This document shows, piece by piece, positions 19,976 through 31,460 of a stretch of 44,194 nucleotides of DNA. The position numbers and the translations under genes are program-made. Each line of letters starts with the position of its first letter. The first letter of the stretch is position 1. The notes beneath the pieces were generated by a model, which worked only from the letters and a program-made list of their open reading frames with translations, had not been told where the DNA came from and ran no database searches. This DNA comes from a virus (taxonomy: Duplodnaviria; Heunggongvirae; Uroviricota; Caudoviricetes): IMG/VR virus record IMGVR_UViG_2541047949_000001; one strand, 5' to 3'.

Positions 19976-20302
19976 ATGAAAAGACGCCTTTTACTACTTT
20001 TTCTGTTATCTGTCCTGGCAGTGGGATGCTCGCAGCAAAAAGCTGATGAGCCCCGGCAATTAGTGACGGTGTATCCACGATATCCGGAATATGCTGCAGC
20101 AAATTATATCAAGGGGCTGGTTGAGGTTAAGTTCGATATTGGTGCTGATGGGACTGTGACACGGATCGTTTTTCTCCGCTCAGAGCCTCATAATTTGTTT
20201 CGTGATGAAGTGGTGAAGGCCATGGCGAAATGGCGATTTGAAAAGAATCGCCCCTGTCAGGGAGTGAAGAGACAATTTATCTTTACGCCGTCACGTCCTT
20301 GA
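19976..20302 (+). CDS. Lipoprotein with TonB C-terminal-like domain
   Basis: Signal plus lipobox MKRRLLLLFLLSVLAVGC; body YPRYPEYAAANYIKGLVEVKFDIGADGTV...AMAKWRF fits the TonB_C fold pattern. Confidence 0.6.
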   Translation: MKRRLLLLFLLSVLAVGCSQQKADEPRQLVTVYPRYPEYAAANYIKGLVEVKFDIGADGTVTRIVFLRSEPHNLFRDEVVKAMAKWRFEKNRPCQGVKRQFIFTPSRP

Positions 20303-20408
20303 TGCTTCCAGGTAGAGAGGGGCTGGAAGCAGGAGAAAAATGAAAGAGCCAGCGGTTATATTTTTGTCATGGTGAAGTGGTTTACTGAATTTGGCCACCT
20401 GAACAGAG

Positions 20409-21592
<1,184 letters not shown>

Positions 21593-21918
21593 CTCGGTGG
21601 CCAGTTTTTGTTGACCACTTCATGGCTGACGAGGAATGATGGAAGAAGGCGTTGTATGCCACACAACGCCTCACTGTTCATTTCTTCTTTTTCTCTGGTG
21701 GAACCCGATGAATAAGAGTTGCACTGGTTTCCGATGAGATGGCGATATACTCGGGCAAAGTATGCTGGCAGTTTTCCAACTGGTCAAAAATACCTGCTCT
21801 CGTCTGTTGCAATGCCTGCAGCATGCGGCGGCAATGCGCCTTGCTTTTACTAACCATCTTTCCTTCCTCTATCAGTCGCTGCGTGAACTCATCATGGAAT
21901 ACCAGGTAAATGCGGATG

Positions 21919-22170
21919 TTATCGGTTTTGGCTACGCAGCATAGTACAAAACGGACAGGTGCATCCCGGGACGGGGGAGGCGTCACATGTCCCTGTGATG
22001 GTTGTTCCGGGTAATGTACTGTGTGGGGCATAAAAATGTCCGATAATTTTACTTTCTACCGCAGTTAGTTGATTCGTTGGTCCTGGTAGCACATTGGGCG
22101 AGGATTTAAATGCCAGGCAACTGAAGGATGATGTCGCAAGGGAGATAGCGAGAATATTTCTGATTTTCAT
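21919..22170 (-). CDS. Small secreted Cys-rich protein (hypothetical)
   Basis: 83 aa from MKIRNILAISLATSSFSCLA (signal-peptide-like) with GAGG 8 nt upstream; six Cys in mature part. Confidence 0.4.
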   Translation of the reverse strand: MKIRNILAISLATSSFSCLAFKSSPNVLPGPTNQLTAVESKIIGHFYAPHSTLPGTTITGTCDASPVPGCTCPFCTMLRSQNR

Positions 22171-22318
22171 TTGATGATGCCTCTGTGTGAAATGACGGTA
22201 AACGACGCACTTGTGCCGGCACATAATAGCAAGCACCATAATAGATCAGATTCGATTCTTGCTGTAAGTGATAATTATTCTCGTTTTCGGGTCCTTTCCG
22301 TCGATCCAACAGGTTACG

Positions 22319-22500
22319 GGGCGGCGACCTCGCGGTTTTTCACTATTTATGAAAATTTTTCAGGGAAAATCGTGTCGGTACTTCTCGAATATAACTTTTT
22401 GTTTTTTTTAATATTGCATCCGTAAAGGTCCGACATGAAAGTGTCCGAAAATGCCTTTTTCTGGCGTTTTCATGTCGGGCCTTGTATTTGATAATGGGTT
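22319..22500. other. cos site: cosN (GGGCGGCGACCT cohesive-end sequence) and cosB with inverted CATGTCGG elements
   Basis: ACGGGGCGGCGACCTCGCGGTTTTTCACTATTTATGAAAATTTT matches lambda cosN from memory; lies just upstream of nu1. Confidence 0.75.
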
Positions 22501-22506
22501 GTTTTC

Positions 22507-23055
22507 ATGAAGGTTAATAAAAAGAGGCTTGCCGAAATTTTCAACGTGGACCCGCGGACGATTGAACGCTGGCAGTCTCAGGGACTCCCTTGCGCCTCCA
22601 AAGGTAGTAAGGGCATTGAATCTGTATTTGATACTGCCATGGCAATTCAGTGGTATGCGCAGAGGGAAACTGATATCGAAAACGAAAAGCTCCGCAAAGA
22701 ACTGGCCGATTTGCGTGCGGCAGCGGAGTCAGATTTACAACCCGGCACCATTGACTATGAACGCTACCGGCTCACAAAAGCGCAGGCAGATGCGCAGGAA
22801 CTGAAAAATGCCCGTGAAGACGGAGTAGTGCTGGAAACTGAACTGTTTACCTTCATTCTGCAACGTGTGGCACAGGAGATTTCGGGGATACTTGTGCGTG
22901 TGCCGTTGACATTACAGCGTAAATATCCGGACATTTCACCATCACACCTTGATGTGGTGAAAACTGAAATCGCGAAAGCCTCCAATGTTGCAGCTAAGGC
23001 CGGTGAAAACGTGGGCGGGTGGATCGATGATTTCAGACGCGCAGAAGGCAGCTAA
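22507..23055 (+). CDS. nu1: Terminase small subunit Nu1
   Basis: [28 protein letters not shown]... lambda Nu1-like. Confidence 0.9.
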   Translation: MKVNKKRLAEIFNVDPRTIERWQSQGLPCASKGSKGIESVFDTAMAIQWYAQRETDIENEKLRKELADLRAAAESDLQPGTIDYERYRLTKAQADAQELKNAREDGVVLETELFTFILQRVAQEISGILVRVPLTLQRKYPDISPSHLDVVKTEIAKASNVAAKAGENVGGWIDDFRRAEGS

Positions 23056-24955
23056 TGCAGCCGGTGCGATAGCTACAGGGCTTTTATCTCTCATTATTCC
23101 TGTTCCACTGACGACAGTTCAGTGGGCCAATAAACATTATTACCTTCCTAAAGAGTCGTCTTATACCCCGGGGCGATGGGAAACACTGCCGTTTCAGGTT
23201 GGCATCATGAACTGTATGGGCAACGATCTGATTCGCACGGTTAACCTGATTAAATCTGCCCGTGTTGGTTATACAAAGATGTTGCTGGGAGTGGAGGCTT
23301 ATTTTATTGAGCATAAATCACGCAACAGCCTTCTTTTTCAGCCCACGGACTCAGCTGCTGAAGATTTTATGAAATCTCATGTTGAGCCAACGATAAGGGA
23401 TGTTCCTGCATTGCTGGAGCTGGCTCCATGGTTCGGAAGAAAACACCGCGATAATACGCTCACCCTGAAGCGTTTTTCCTCCGGTGTGGGGTTCTGGTGT
23501 CTGGGTGGTGCGGCAGCAAAAAACTACCGTGAAAAATCCGTGGATGTGGTCTGTTATGACGAGCTTTCCTCGTTCGAACCGGATGTTGAAAAAGAGGGTT
23601 CGCCAACCCTGCTGGGGGATAAACGTATTGAGGGCTCTGTATGGCCAAAATCCATTCGCGGCTCGACGCCTAAAATCAAAGGCTCCTGCCAGATCGAAAA
23701 AGCCGCTAACGAGTCGGCACACTTCATGCGTTTTTATGTGCCCTGTCCGCACTGTGGGGAGGAGCAGTATCTGAAATTTGGCGATGATGCCTCGCCTTTC
23801 GGTCTTAAGTGGGAGAAGAATAAGCCAGAAAGTGTTTTCTACCTTTGTGAGCATCATGGCTGTGTGATCCATCAGTCTGAGCTTGACCAGAGTAACGGGC
23901 GGTGGATCTGTGAAAACACGGGCATGTGGACTCGTGACGGTCTGACATTTTTCAGCGCCGCGGATAATGAAATTCCGCCGCCGCGCTCCATCACTTTCCA
24001 TATCTGGACGGCGTACAGTCCGTTCACCACCTGGGTACAGATTGTCTATGACTGGCTGGATGCACTGAAAGATCCCAACGGCCTGAAAACCTTTGTGAAC
24101 ACCACGCTGGGCGAGACCTGGGAAGAGGCTGTGGGCGAAAAACTCGATCACCAGGTGCTGATGGATAAGGTTGTGCGTTACACGGCGGCGGTGCCTGCCC
24201 GGGTGGTTTATCTGACGGCGGGCATTGACTCGCAGCGAAACCGTTTTGAGATGTATGTCTGGGGATGGGCTCCGGGAGAGGAAGCCTTTCTGGTGGATAA
24301 AATCATCATTATGGGGCGTCCCGATGAGGAAGAGACGCTGTTACGTGTGGATGCGGCGATCAACAAAAAATACCGCCATGCAGACGGAACCGAAATGACC
24401 ATTTCCCGTGTCTGCTGGGACATCGGGGGGATCGATGGCGAAATCGTTTATCAGAGGTCAAAAAAACACGGTGTTTTCCGGGTGCTGCCGGTAAAAGGCG
24501 CATCTGTCTATGGCAAGCCGGTGATCACCATGCCAAAAACCCGCAATCAGCGGGGCGTGTATCTGTGTGAAGTGGGGACGGACACCGCAAAAGAAATTCT
24601 CTATGCCCGTATGAAAGCCGATCCCACGCCTGTGGATGAAGCCACGTCGTATGCTATCCGTTTTCCTGATGATCCGGAGATTTTTTCGCAGACAGAGGCG
24701 CAGCAACTGGTCGCGGAAGAGCTTGTGGAGAAGTGGGAAAAAGGAAAGATGCGTCTGCTGTGGGATAACAAAAAGCGGCGTAACGAAGCGCTGGACTGCC
24801 TGGTGTATGCCTACGCGGCATTACGTGTGTCCGTGCAACGCTGGCAGCTTGATCTGGCTGTACTGGCAAAATCCCGGGAAGAAGAGACGACCCGGCCAAC
24901 CCTTAAAGAACTGGCAGCGAAGCTGTCCGGAGGAGTGAATGGTTACAGTCGCTGA
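23027..24955 (+). CDS. A: Terminase large subunit A
   Basis: Start at ATG overlapping nu1 3' end, as in lambda; lambda A-like throughout. Confidence 0.9.
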   Translation: MISDAQKAANAAGAIATGLLSLIIPVPLTTVQWANKHYYLPKESSYTPGRWETLPFQVGIMNCMGNDLIRTVNLIKSARVGYTKMLLGVEAYFIEHKSRNSLLFQPTDSAAEDFMKSHVEPTIRDVPALLELAPWFGRKHRDNTLTLKRFSSGVGFWCLGGAAAKNYREKSVDVVCYDELSSFEPDVEKEGSPTLLGDKRIEGSVWPKSIRGSTPKIKGSCQIEKAANESAHFMRFYVPCPHCGEEQYLKFGDDASPFGLKWEKNKPESVFYLCEHHGCVIHQSELDQSNGRWICENTGMWTRDGLTFFSAADNEIPPPRSITFHIWTAYSPFTTWVQIVYDWLDALKDPNGLKTFVNTTLGETWEEAVGEKLDHQVLMDKVVRYTAAVPARVVYLTAGIDSQRNRFEMYVWGWAPGEEAFLVDKIIIMGRPDEEETLLRVDAAINKKYRHADGTEMTISRVCWDIGGIDGEIVYQRSKKHGVFRVLPVKGASVYGKPVITMPKTRNQRGVYLCEVGTDTAKEILYARMKADPTPVDEATSYAIRFPDDPEIFSQTEAQQLVAEELVEKWEKGKMRLLWDNKKRRNEALDCLVYAYAALRVSVQRWQLDLAVLAKSREEETTRPTLKELAAKLSGGVNGYSR

Positions 24956-25145
24956 ACTGCAGGCGCTGCGTCAGGCGCGCCTTGATTTATTAACCGGTAA
25001 ACGGGTGGTGTCTGTCCAGAAAGATGGTCGCAGAATTGAATATACGGCGGCTTCTCTGGATGAGCTTAACCGGGCGATCAATGATGCGGAGTCGGTACTG
25101 GGGACAACCCGGTGTCGCCGTCGTCCGCTGGGAGTGAGGTTATGA
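24939..25145 (+). CDS. W: Head-tail joining protein W
   Basis: 68 aa, lambda gpW-like. Confidence 0.9.
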   Translation: MVTVAELQALRQARLDLLTGKRVVSVQKDGRRIEYTAASLDELNRAINDAESVLGTTRCRRRPLGVRL

Positions 25146-26734
25146 AACGAACGCCTGTCCTGATTGATGTGAACGGCGTTCCGCTTCGTGAGAGTCTCAG
25201 CTACAACGGGGGCGGTGCAGGATTTGGCGGGCAAATGGCTGAGTGGTTGCCACCGGCGCAGAGTGCCGATGCGGCCCTGCTGCCCGCGTTGCGTCTGGGG
25301 AATGCCCGGGCAGATGATCTGGTGCGCAATAACGGAATAGCGGCTAATGCGGTGGCTCTGCATAAGGATCACATTGTCGGGCATATGTTTCTGATCAGCT
25401 ACCGTCCGAACTGGCGCTGGCTGGGGATGCGGGAGACCGCAGCAAAAAGCTTTGTCGATGAGGTGGAGGCGGCCTGGTCGGAATACGCCGAAGGGATGTT
25501 TGGCGAGATCGACGTGGAAGGAAAACGCACGTTCACGGAATTTATCCGTGAAGGTGTGGGCGTTCATGCGTTTAACGGCGAAATCTTTGTGCAGCCGGTC
25601 TGGGATACGGAAACCACGCAGTTATTCCGTACGCGTTTTAAAGCCGTGAGTCCGAAACGGGTGGACACGCCTGGACACGGTATGGGGAACCGTTTTCTGC
25701 GGGCCGGTGTGGAGGTCGATCGATATGGCCGTGCCGTCGCGTACCATATCTGTGAGGATGATTTTCCGTTCTCTGGTAGTGGACGATGGGAACGGATCCC
25801 GCGTGAACTTCCCACCGGGCGTCCGGCCATGCTGCATATTTTCGAGCCGGTGGAGGACGGGCAGACCCGTGGGGCTAATCAGTTTTACAGCGTCATGGAA
25901 CGGCTGAAGATGCTCGATTCCCTGCAGGCAACACAGCTTCAGTCGGCCATAGTGAAGGCGATGTATGCAGCGACGATTGAAAGTGAACTTGATACCGAAA
26001 AGGCCTTTGAATATATCGCCGGCGCGCCACAGGAGCAGAAGGATAATCCGCTTATTAATATTCTGGAGAAGTTTTCCAGCTGGTATGACACGAATAACGT
26101 GACACTGGGCGGTGTCAAAATTCCGCACCTTTTCCCTGGTGATGATCTGAAACTACAGACTGCGCAGGATTCAGACAATGGATTTTCTGCGCTTGAACAG
26201 GCGCTGCTGCGGTATATCGCCGCCGGTCTTGGCGTTTCCTACGAACAGTTGTCCCGTGATTACTCGAAGGTCAGTTACTCAAGTGCCCGCGCCTCCGCCA
26301 ATGAGTCGTGGCGCTATTTTATGGGGCGGCGAAAATTTATTGCGGCCCGGCTGGCCACGCAGATGTTTTCCTGCTGGCTGGAAGAGGCACTTCTTCGGGG
26401 GATTATTCGTCCGCCACGGGCACGTTTTGATTTTTATCAGGCGCGATCAGCCTGGTCACGGGCAGAGTGGATTGGTGCCGGAAGAATGGCCATTGACGGG
26501 CTCAAGGAAGTCCAGGAATCAGTGATGCGCATTGAGGCCGGACTGAGCACGTATGAGAAAGAGCTGGCGCTGATGGGCGAGGATTATCAGGACATTTTCC
26601 GCCAGCAGGTCAGGGAATCTGCTGAGCGGCAAAAAGCCGGACTCTCACGTCCGGTGTGGATAGAGCAGGCGTATCAGCAGCAGATAGCGGAGAGTCGCAG
26701 GCCGGAAGAGGAGACAACACCACGTGAGACGTAA
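25142..26734 (+). CDS. B: Portal protein B
   Basis: From MKRTPVLIDVNG...; lambda gpB-like; start overlaps W stop. Confidence 0.95.
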   Translation: MKRTPVLIDVNGVPLRESLSYNGGGAGFGGQMAEWLPPAQSADAALLPALRLGNARADDLVRNNGIAANAVALHKDHIVGHMFLISYRPNWRWLGMRETAAKSFVDEVEAAWSEYAEGMFGEIDVEGKRTFTEFIREGVGVHAFNGEIFVQPVWDTETTQLFRTRFKAVSPKRVDTPGHGMGNRFLRAGVEVDRYGRAVAYHICEDDFPFSGSGRWERIPRELPTGRPAMLHIFEPVEDGQTRGANQFYSVMERLKMLDSLQATQLQSAIVKAMYAATIESELDTEKAFEYIAGAPQEQKDNPLINILEKFSSWYDTNNVTLGGVKIPHLFPGDDLKLQTAQDSDNGFSALEQALLRYIAAGLGVSYEQLSRDYSKVSYSSARASANESWRYFMGRRKFIAARLATQMFSCWLEEALLRGIIRPPRARFDFYQARSAWSRAEWIGAGRMAIDGLKEVQESVMRIEAGLSTYEKELALMGEDYQDIFRQQVRESAERQKAGLSRPVWIEQAYQQQIAESRRPEEETTPRET

Positions 26735-28229
26735 TCTTTCACACATTATTGCCGCAGCATTCAATGAACCGCTGCTTCTGGAGCCCGCCTATGCGCGGGT
26801 TTTCTTTTGCGCGCTCGGGCGCGAGATGGGGGCAGCAAGTCTTTCGGTACCACAACAGCAGGTACAGTTTGATGCTCCCGGAATGCTGGCTGAAACGGAC
26901 GAGTACATGGCCGGAGGTAAACGACCGGCCCGTGTTTACCGGGTGGTGAACGGTATTGCTGTACTGCCGGTGACCGGCACGCTGGTGCACCGGCTGGGTG
27001 GTATGCGGCCATTTTCCGGAATGACAGGCTATGACGGCATTGTCGCCTGTCTTCAGCAGGCAATGGCGGATAGCCAGGTGCGGGGCGTACTGCTGGACAT
27101 TGACAGTCCGGGCGGGCAGGCCGCCGGCGCGTTTGACTGCGCTGACATGATTTACCGCCTCCGTCAGCAGAAGCCGGTCTGGGCACTGTGCAATGACACG
27201 GCCTGTTCTGCAGCCATGCTGCTGGCGTCGGCCTGCTCCCGACGGCTGGTTACCCAGACATCCCGTATCGGCTCCATTGGCGTGATGATGAGCCATGTCA
27301 GCTATGCCGGTCATCTGGCGCAGGCCGGTGTGGATATCACGCTGATTTACTCAGGGGCGCACAAGGTGGATGGCAATCAGTTTGAAGCGTTGCCGGCAGA
27401 GGTTCGCCAGGACATGCAGCAGCGGATTGATGCGGCGCGCCGGATGTTTGCCGAAAAAGTGGCGATGTATACCGGTCTGTCTGTTGATGCCGTCACGGGA
27501 ACAGAGGCTGCCGTTTTTGAAGGTCAGTCCGGCATTGAGGCCGGGCTGGCGGATGAATTAATCAATGCGTCGGATGCCATCAGTGTGATGGCCACGGCGC
27601 TGAACAGTAATGTCAGAGGAGGCACTATGCCGCAATTAACTGCAACGGAAGCCGCCGCGCAGGAGAACCAGCGAGTGATGGGGATCCTGACATGCCAGGA
27701 AGCGAAAGGACGTGAACAGCTTGCCACGATGCTGGCAGGACAACAGGGCATGAGCGTTGAACAGGCCCGGGCGATTCTGGCCGCGGCGGCACCGCAGCAG
27801 CCGGTGGCATCCACGCAGAGTGAAGCCGATCGCATTATGGTGTGTGAAGAAGCGAACGGTCGTGAACAACTGGCGGCAACGCTGGCGGCGATGCCGGAGA
27901 TGACGGTGGAAAAAGCCCGCCCGATCCTGGCTGCTTCACCGCAGGCGGATGCCGGACCATCACTCCGTGATCAGATCATGGCACTGGATGAGGCAAAAGG
28001 GGCTGAGGCGCAGGCTGAACAGCTGGCTGCCTGCCCGGGAATGACAGTGGAGAGCGCCCGGGCTGTGCTGGCTGCGGGATCAGGTAAGGCAGAACCGGTC
28101 TCTGCATCCACAACCGCCATGTTTGAACATTTCATGGCGAACCATTCACCGGCAGCGGTACAGGGTGGCGTGGCACAGACGTCAGCAGACGGTGATGCGG
28201 ACGTGAAAATGCTCATGGCCATGCCATGA
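26724..28229 (+). CDS. C: Head maturation protease C (S49-like) with nested scaffold (Nu3) region
   Basis: 501 aa; lambda gpC-like N-terminal protease domain; C-terminal part contains three tandem ~45-aa repeats. Confidence 0.9.
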   Translation: MRRNLSHIIAAAFNEPLLLEPAYARVFFCALGREMGAASLSVPQQQVQFDAPGMLAETDEYMAGGKRPARVYRVVNGIAVLPVTGTLVHRLGGMRPFSGMTGYDGIVACLQQAMADSQVRGVLLDIDSPGGQAAGAFDCADMIYRLRQQKPVWALCNDTACSAAMLLASACSRRLVTQTSRIGSIGVMMSHVSYAGHLAQAGVDITLIYSGAHKVDGNQFEALPAEVRQDMQQRIDAARRMFAEKVAMYTGLSVDAVTGTEAAVFEGQSGIEAGLADELINASDAISVMATALNSNVRGGTMPQLTATEAAAQENQRVMGILTCQEAKGREQLATMLAGQQGMSVEQARAILAAAAPQQPVASTQSEADRIMVCEEANGREQLAATLAAMPEMTVEKARPILAASPQADAGPSLRDQIMALDEAKGAEAQAEQLAACPGMTVESARAVLAAGSGKAEPVSASTTAMFEHFMANHSPAAVQGGVAQTSADGDADVKMLMAMP

Positions 28230-28265
28230 AGTCAGTGCTGACCATCAATAGGAGGTTTTTACAAT

Positions 28266-28613
28266 ATGGTGACGAAAACCATCACTGAACAGCGTGCGGA
28301 AGTACGTATTTTTGCCGGTAATGATCCGGCTCATACCGCCACAGGCAGCAGCGGGATTTCCTCGCCAACACCGGCACTGACGCCCCTGATGCTGGATGAA
28401 GCCACCGGGAAACTGGTGGTCTGGGACGGACAGAAAGCCGGTAGTGCGGTTGGCATACTGGTACTGCCGCTTGAAGGCACAGAGACGGCGCTGACGTATT
28501 ACAAGTCGGGAACCTTTGCGACGGAGGCAATCCACTGGCCTGAAAGTGTGGATGAACACAAAAAGGCCAACGCCTTTGCTGGCAGTGCCCTGAGTCACGC
28601 GGCGCTGCCGTAA
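28266..28613 (+). CDS. D: Head decoration protein D
   Basis: 115 aa, lambda gpD-like (…DPAHTATG…AMTPLMLD…WDG…); AGGAGG upstream. Confidence 0.85.
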   Translation: MVTKTITEQRAEVRIFAGNDPAHTATGSSGISSPTPALTPLMLDEATGKLVVWDGQKAGSAVGILVLPLEGTETALTYYKSGTFATEAIHWPESVDEHKKANAFAGSALSHAALP

Positions 28614-28670
28614 CACGTTATCAGGCCACCGCGGTGGCCTGACTGATTTCTGAATGAAAGGAACTGATTT

Positions 28671-29699
28671 ATGGGATTGTTTACGACCCGCCAGTTACTC
28701 GGTTATACCGAACAAAAAGTTAAATTTCGTGCGCTGTTTCTGGAGCTGTTTTTCCGCCGTACGGTGAATTTCCATACCGAAGAGGTGATGCTGGACAAAA
28801 TTACCGGAAAAACGCCGGTGGCGGCCTATGTCTCCCCGGTTGTTGAAGGAAAAGTGCTGCGTCATCGTGGTGGTGAAACCCGCGTGTTGCGTCCGGGCTA
28901 CGTCAAGCCGAAACACGAATTTAATTACCAGCAGGCGGTTGAGCGCCTTCCTGGTGAAGATCCATCTCAACTGAATGATCCGGCTTACCGCCGTCTGCGT
29001 ATCATTACCGATAACCTCAAACAGGAAGAGCACGCGATTGTCCAGGTGGAAGAAATGCAGGCGGTAAATGCTGTGTTGTATGGCAAATACACCATGGAAG
29101 GAGACCAGTTCGAGAAAATTGAGGTCGATTTTGGCAGGTCGACGAAGAATAACATCACTCAGGGTAGTGGTAAGGAGTGGTCAAAACAGGATCGTGACAC
29201 GTTCGATCCTACACATGATATTGACCTCTACTGCGACCTGGCCAGCGGTCTTGTGAATATTGCCATTATGGACGGTACCGTCTGGCGTCTTCTGAATGGT
29301 TTTAAGCTGTTCCGCGAAAAACTGGATACCCGTCGCGGTTCAAATTCTCAACTCGAAACGGCAGTGAAAGATCTGGGCGCAGTGGTGTCCTTCAAGGGGT
29401 ATTACGGCGATCTGGCCATTGTGGTGGCGAAAACGTCTTATATAGCAGAAGACGGTACCGAAAAACGTTATCTTCCAGATGGCATGCTGGTTCTGGGGAA
29501 TACTGCTGCAGATGGGATCCGTTGTTACGGTGCCATTCAGGATGCTCAGGCGTTGTCCGAAGGTGTGGTGGCCTCTTCCCGTTATCCGAAACACTGGCTG
29601 ACGGTAGGGGATCCCGCCCGTGAATTTACCATGACGCAGTCCGCGCCGCTGATGGTGTTGCCGGACCCGGATGAGTTTGTGGTGGTACAGGTGAAATAA
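28671..29699 (+). CDS. E: Major capsid protein E
   Basis: 342 aa, lambda gpE-like. Confidence 0.95.
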   Translation: MGLFTTRQLLGYTEQKVKFRALFLELFFRRTVNFHTEEVMLDKITGKTPVAAYVSPVVEGKVLRHRGGETRVLRPGYVKPKHEFNYQQAVERLPGEDPSQLNDPAYRRLRIITDNLKQEEHAIVQVEEMQAVNAVLYGKYTMEGDQFEKIEVDFGRSTKNNITQGSGKEWSKQDRDTFDPTHDIDLYCDLASGLVNIAIMDGTVWRLLNGFKLFREKLDTRRGSNSQLETAVKDLGAVVSFKGYYGDLAIVVAKTSYIAEDGTEKRYLPDGMLVLGNTAADGIRCYGAIQDAQALSEGVVASSRYPKHWLTVGDPAREFTMTQSAPLMVLPDPDEFVVVQVK

Positions 29700-29750
29700 T
29701 CCGTGAGCGGGGGCGAAATGCCCCCGTGTCTTTTTTCACAGGGGGCTGAT

Positions 29751-30125
29751 ATGGCAACGAAAGAGCAAAATCTGAAACGGCTTGATGAACTGGCCCTGAT
29801 TCTGGGGCGTGAGCCGGATATATCCGGGAGTGCCGCAGAGATAGCGCAGCGGGTGGCAGAATGGGAAGAGGAAATGCAGTCATCCGGCGATGATGTACAG
29901 GTTATGAATATGGATATCCGGGAGCGGGAAACCGCGGCTCATGATGTTCGTGAGGAAACATCCGGCGCGTTAACGCGCATCAGAGTTCTGACCTGCCTCC
30001 ATCTCTGTGGCGTTGATGGTGAAACGGGGGAATCCGTTGAGCTTGCGGATGTTGGTCGGGTGATTCTGATTATGTCCTCAGATGCAAAAACACACGTTGA
30101 TGGTGGAATGGCTGTTTATGCGTGA
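29751..30125 (+). CDS. FI: DNA-packaging / head completion protein FI
   Basis: Acidic protein in the FI position between E and FII; start assigned at internal ATG. Confidence 0.65.
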   Translation: MATKEQNLKRLDELALILGREPDISGSAAEIAQRVAEWEEEMQSSGDDVQVMNMDIRERETAAHDVREETSGALTRIRVLTCLHLCGVDGETGESVELADVGRVILIMSSDAKTHVDGGMAVYA

Positions 30126-30471
30126 TTTTCAGAATGCCTTTGATGCCGCCCTTGCCGGGGTGGACAGTACGATTGTTGAAGTGATGGGCATCAGTGCGCA
30201 GTTCACCTCCGGTGCACAGCGTGGCGGCGAGGTTCATGGCGTTTTTGACGATCCGGAGTCGCTGGGTTTTGCCAGTAGTGGGATCCGTATTGAAGGAAGT
30301 AACCCGTCATTATTTGTGCTTACGGATACGGTTTGTGCTGTACGGCGTGGTGACACGCTGACCATTAACGGCGAGATGTTCTGGGTGGACCGTGTTTCTC
30401 CGGATGACGGAGGGAGTTGTTATCTCTGGCTCAACCGGGGGCAACCACCTGCCGCCAGCCGTCGCCGCTGA
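30118..30471 (+). CDS. FII: Head-tail connector protein FII
   Basis: 117 aa from MRDFQNAFDAAL...; lambda gpFII-like. Confidence 0.85.
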   Translation: MRDFQNAFDAALAGVDSTIVEVMGISAQFTSGAQRGGEVHGVFDDPESLGFASSGIRIEGSNPSLFVLTDTVCAVRRGDTLTINGEMFWVDRVSPDDGGSCYLWLNRGQPPAASRRR

Positions 30472-30482
30472 AAGGGGGATGT

Positions 30483-31061
30483 ATGGCCATAAAAGGTCTT
30501 GAGCAGGCCGTTGAAAACCTCAGCCGTATCAGCAAAACGGCAGTGCCTGGTGCCGCCGCAATGGCCATTAACCGCGTTGCTTCATCCGCGATATCGCAGT
30601 CGGCGTCACTGGTTGCCCGTGAGACAAAGGTACGCCGGAAACTGGTAAAGGAAAGGGCCAGGCTGAAAAGGGCCACGGTCAAAAATCCGCAGGCCAGAAT
30701 CAAAGTTAACCGGGGGGATTTGCCCGTAATCAGGCTGGGTAACGCGCGGGTTGTCCTGTCCCGACGCAGGCGTCGTAAAAAGGGGCAGCGTTCATCCCTG
30801 AAAGGTGGCGGCAGCGTGCTTGTGGTGGGAAACCGTCGTATTCCCGGCGCGTTTATTCAGCAACTGAAAAATGGCCGGTGGCATGTCATGCAGCGTGTGG
30901 CCGGGAAAAACCGTTACCCCATTGATGTGGTGAAAATCCCGATGGCGGTGCCGCTGACCACGGCGTTTAAACAGAATATTGAGCGGATACGGCGTGAGCG
31001 TCTTCCGAAAGAGCTGGGCTATGCGCTGCAGCATCAACTGAGAATGGTAATAAAGCGATGA
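30483..31061 (+). CDS. Z: Tail completion protein Z
   Basis: 192 aa from MAIKGLEQAVENLSRISK...; lambda gpZ-like. Confidence 0.9.
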   Translation: MAIKGLEQAVENLSRISKTAVPGAAAMAINRVASSAISQSASLVARETKVRRKLVKERARLKRATVKNPQARIKVNRGDLPVIRLGNARVVLSRRRRRKKGQRSSLKGGGSVLVVGNRRIPGAFIQQLKNGRWHVMQRVAGKNRYPIDVVKIPMAVPLTTAFKQNIERIRRERLPKELGYALQHQLRMVIKR

Positions 31062-31453
31062 AACATACTGAACTCCGTGCAGCCGTACTGGATGCACTGG
31101 AGAAGCATGACACCGGGGCGACGCTTTTTGATGGTCGCCCTGCTGTTTTTGATGAGGAAGATTTTCCGGCAATTGCCGTTTATCTCACCGGCGCTGAATA
31201 CACGGGCGAAGAGCTGGACAGCGATACCTGGCAGGCGGAGCTGCATATTGAAGTTTTCCTGCCTGCTCAGGTGCCGGATTCAGAGCTGGATTCGTGGATG
31301 GAGTCCCGGATTTATCCGGTGATGAGCGATATCCCGGCACTGTCAGATTTGATCACCAGTATGGTGGCCAGTGGCTATGACTACCGGCGCGACGATGATG
31401 CGGGCCTGTGGAGTTCAGCCGATCTGACTTATGTCATTACCTATGAAATGTGA
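31058..31453 (+). CDS. U: Tail terminator protein U
   Basis: 131 aa lambda gpU-like. Confidence 0.9.
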   Translation: MKHTELRAAVLDALEKHDTGATLFDGRPAVFDEEDFPAIAVYLTGAEYTGEELDSDTWQAELHIEVFLPAQVPDSELDSWMESRIYPVMSDIPALSDLITSMVASGYDYRRDDDAGLWSSADLTYVITYEM

Positions 31454-31460
31454 GGACGAT

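Noticed and set aside
21678-22031. 117-aa minus-strand ORF (or a 59-aa version from an internal ATG) between the IS and the secreted-peptide gene
   Set aside because: Overlaps the better-supported secreted-peptide ORF, start is ambiguous and no family was recognised; left uncalled.
22171-22425. 84-aa plus-strand ORF overlapping cos
   Set aside because: Spans cosN and the cosB repeats, which are DNA sites; no ribosome-binding site and no coding character.
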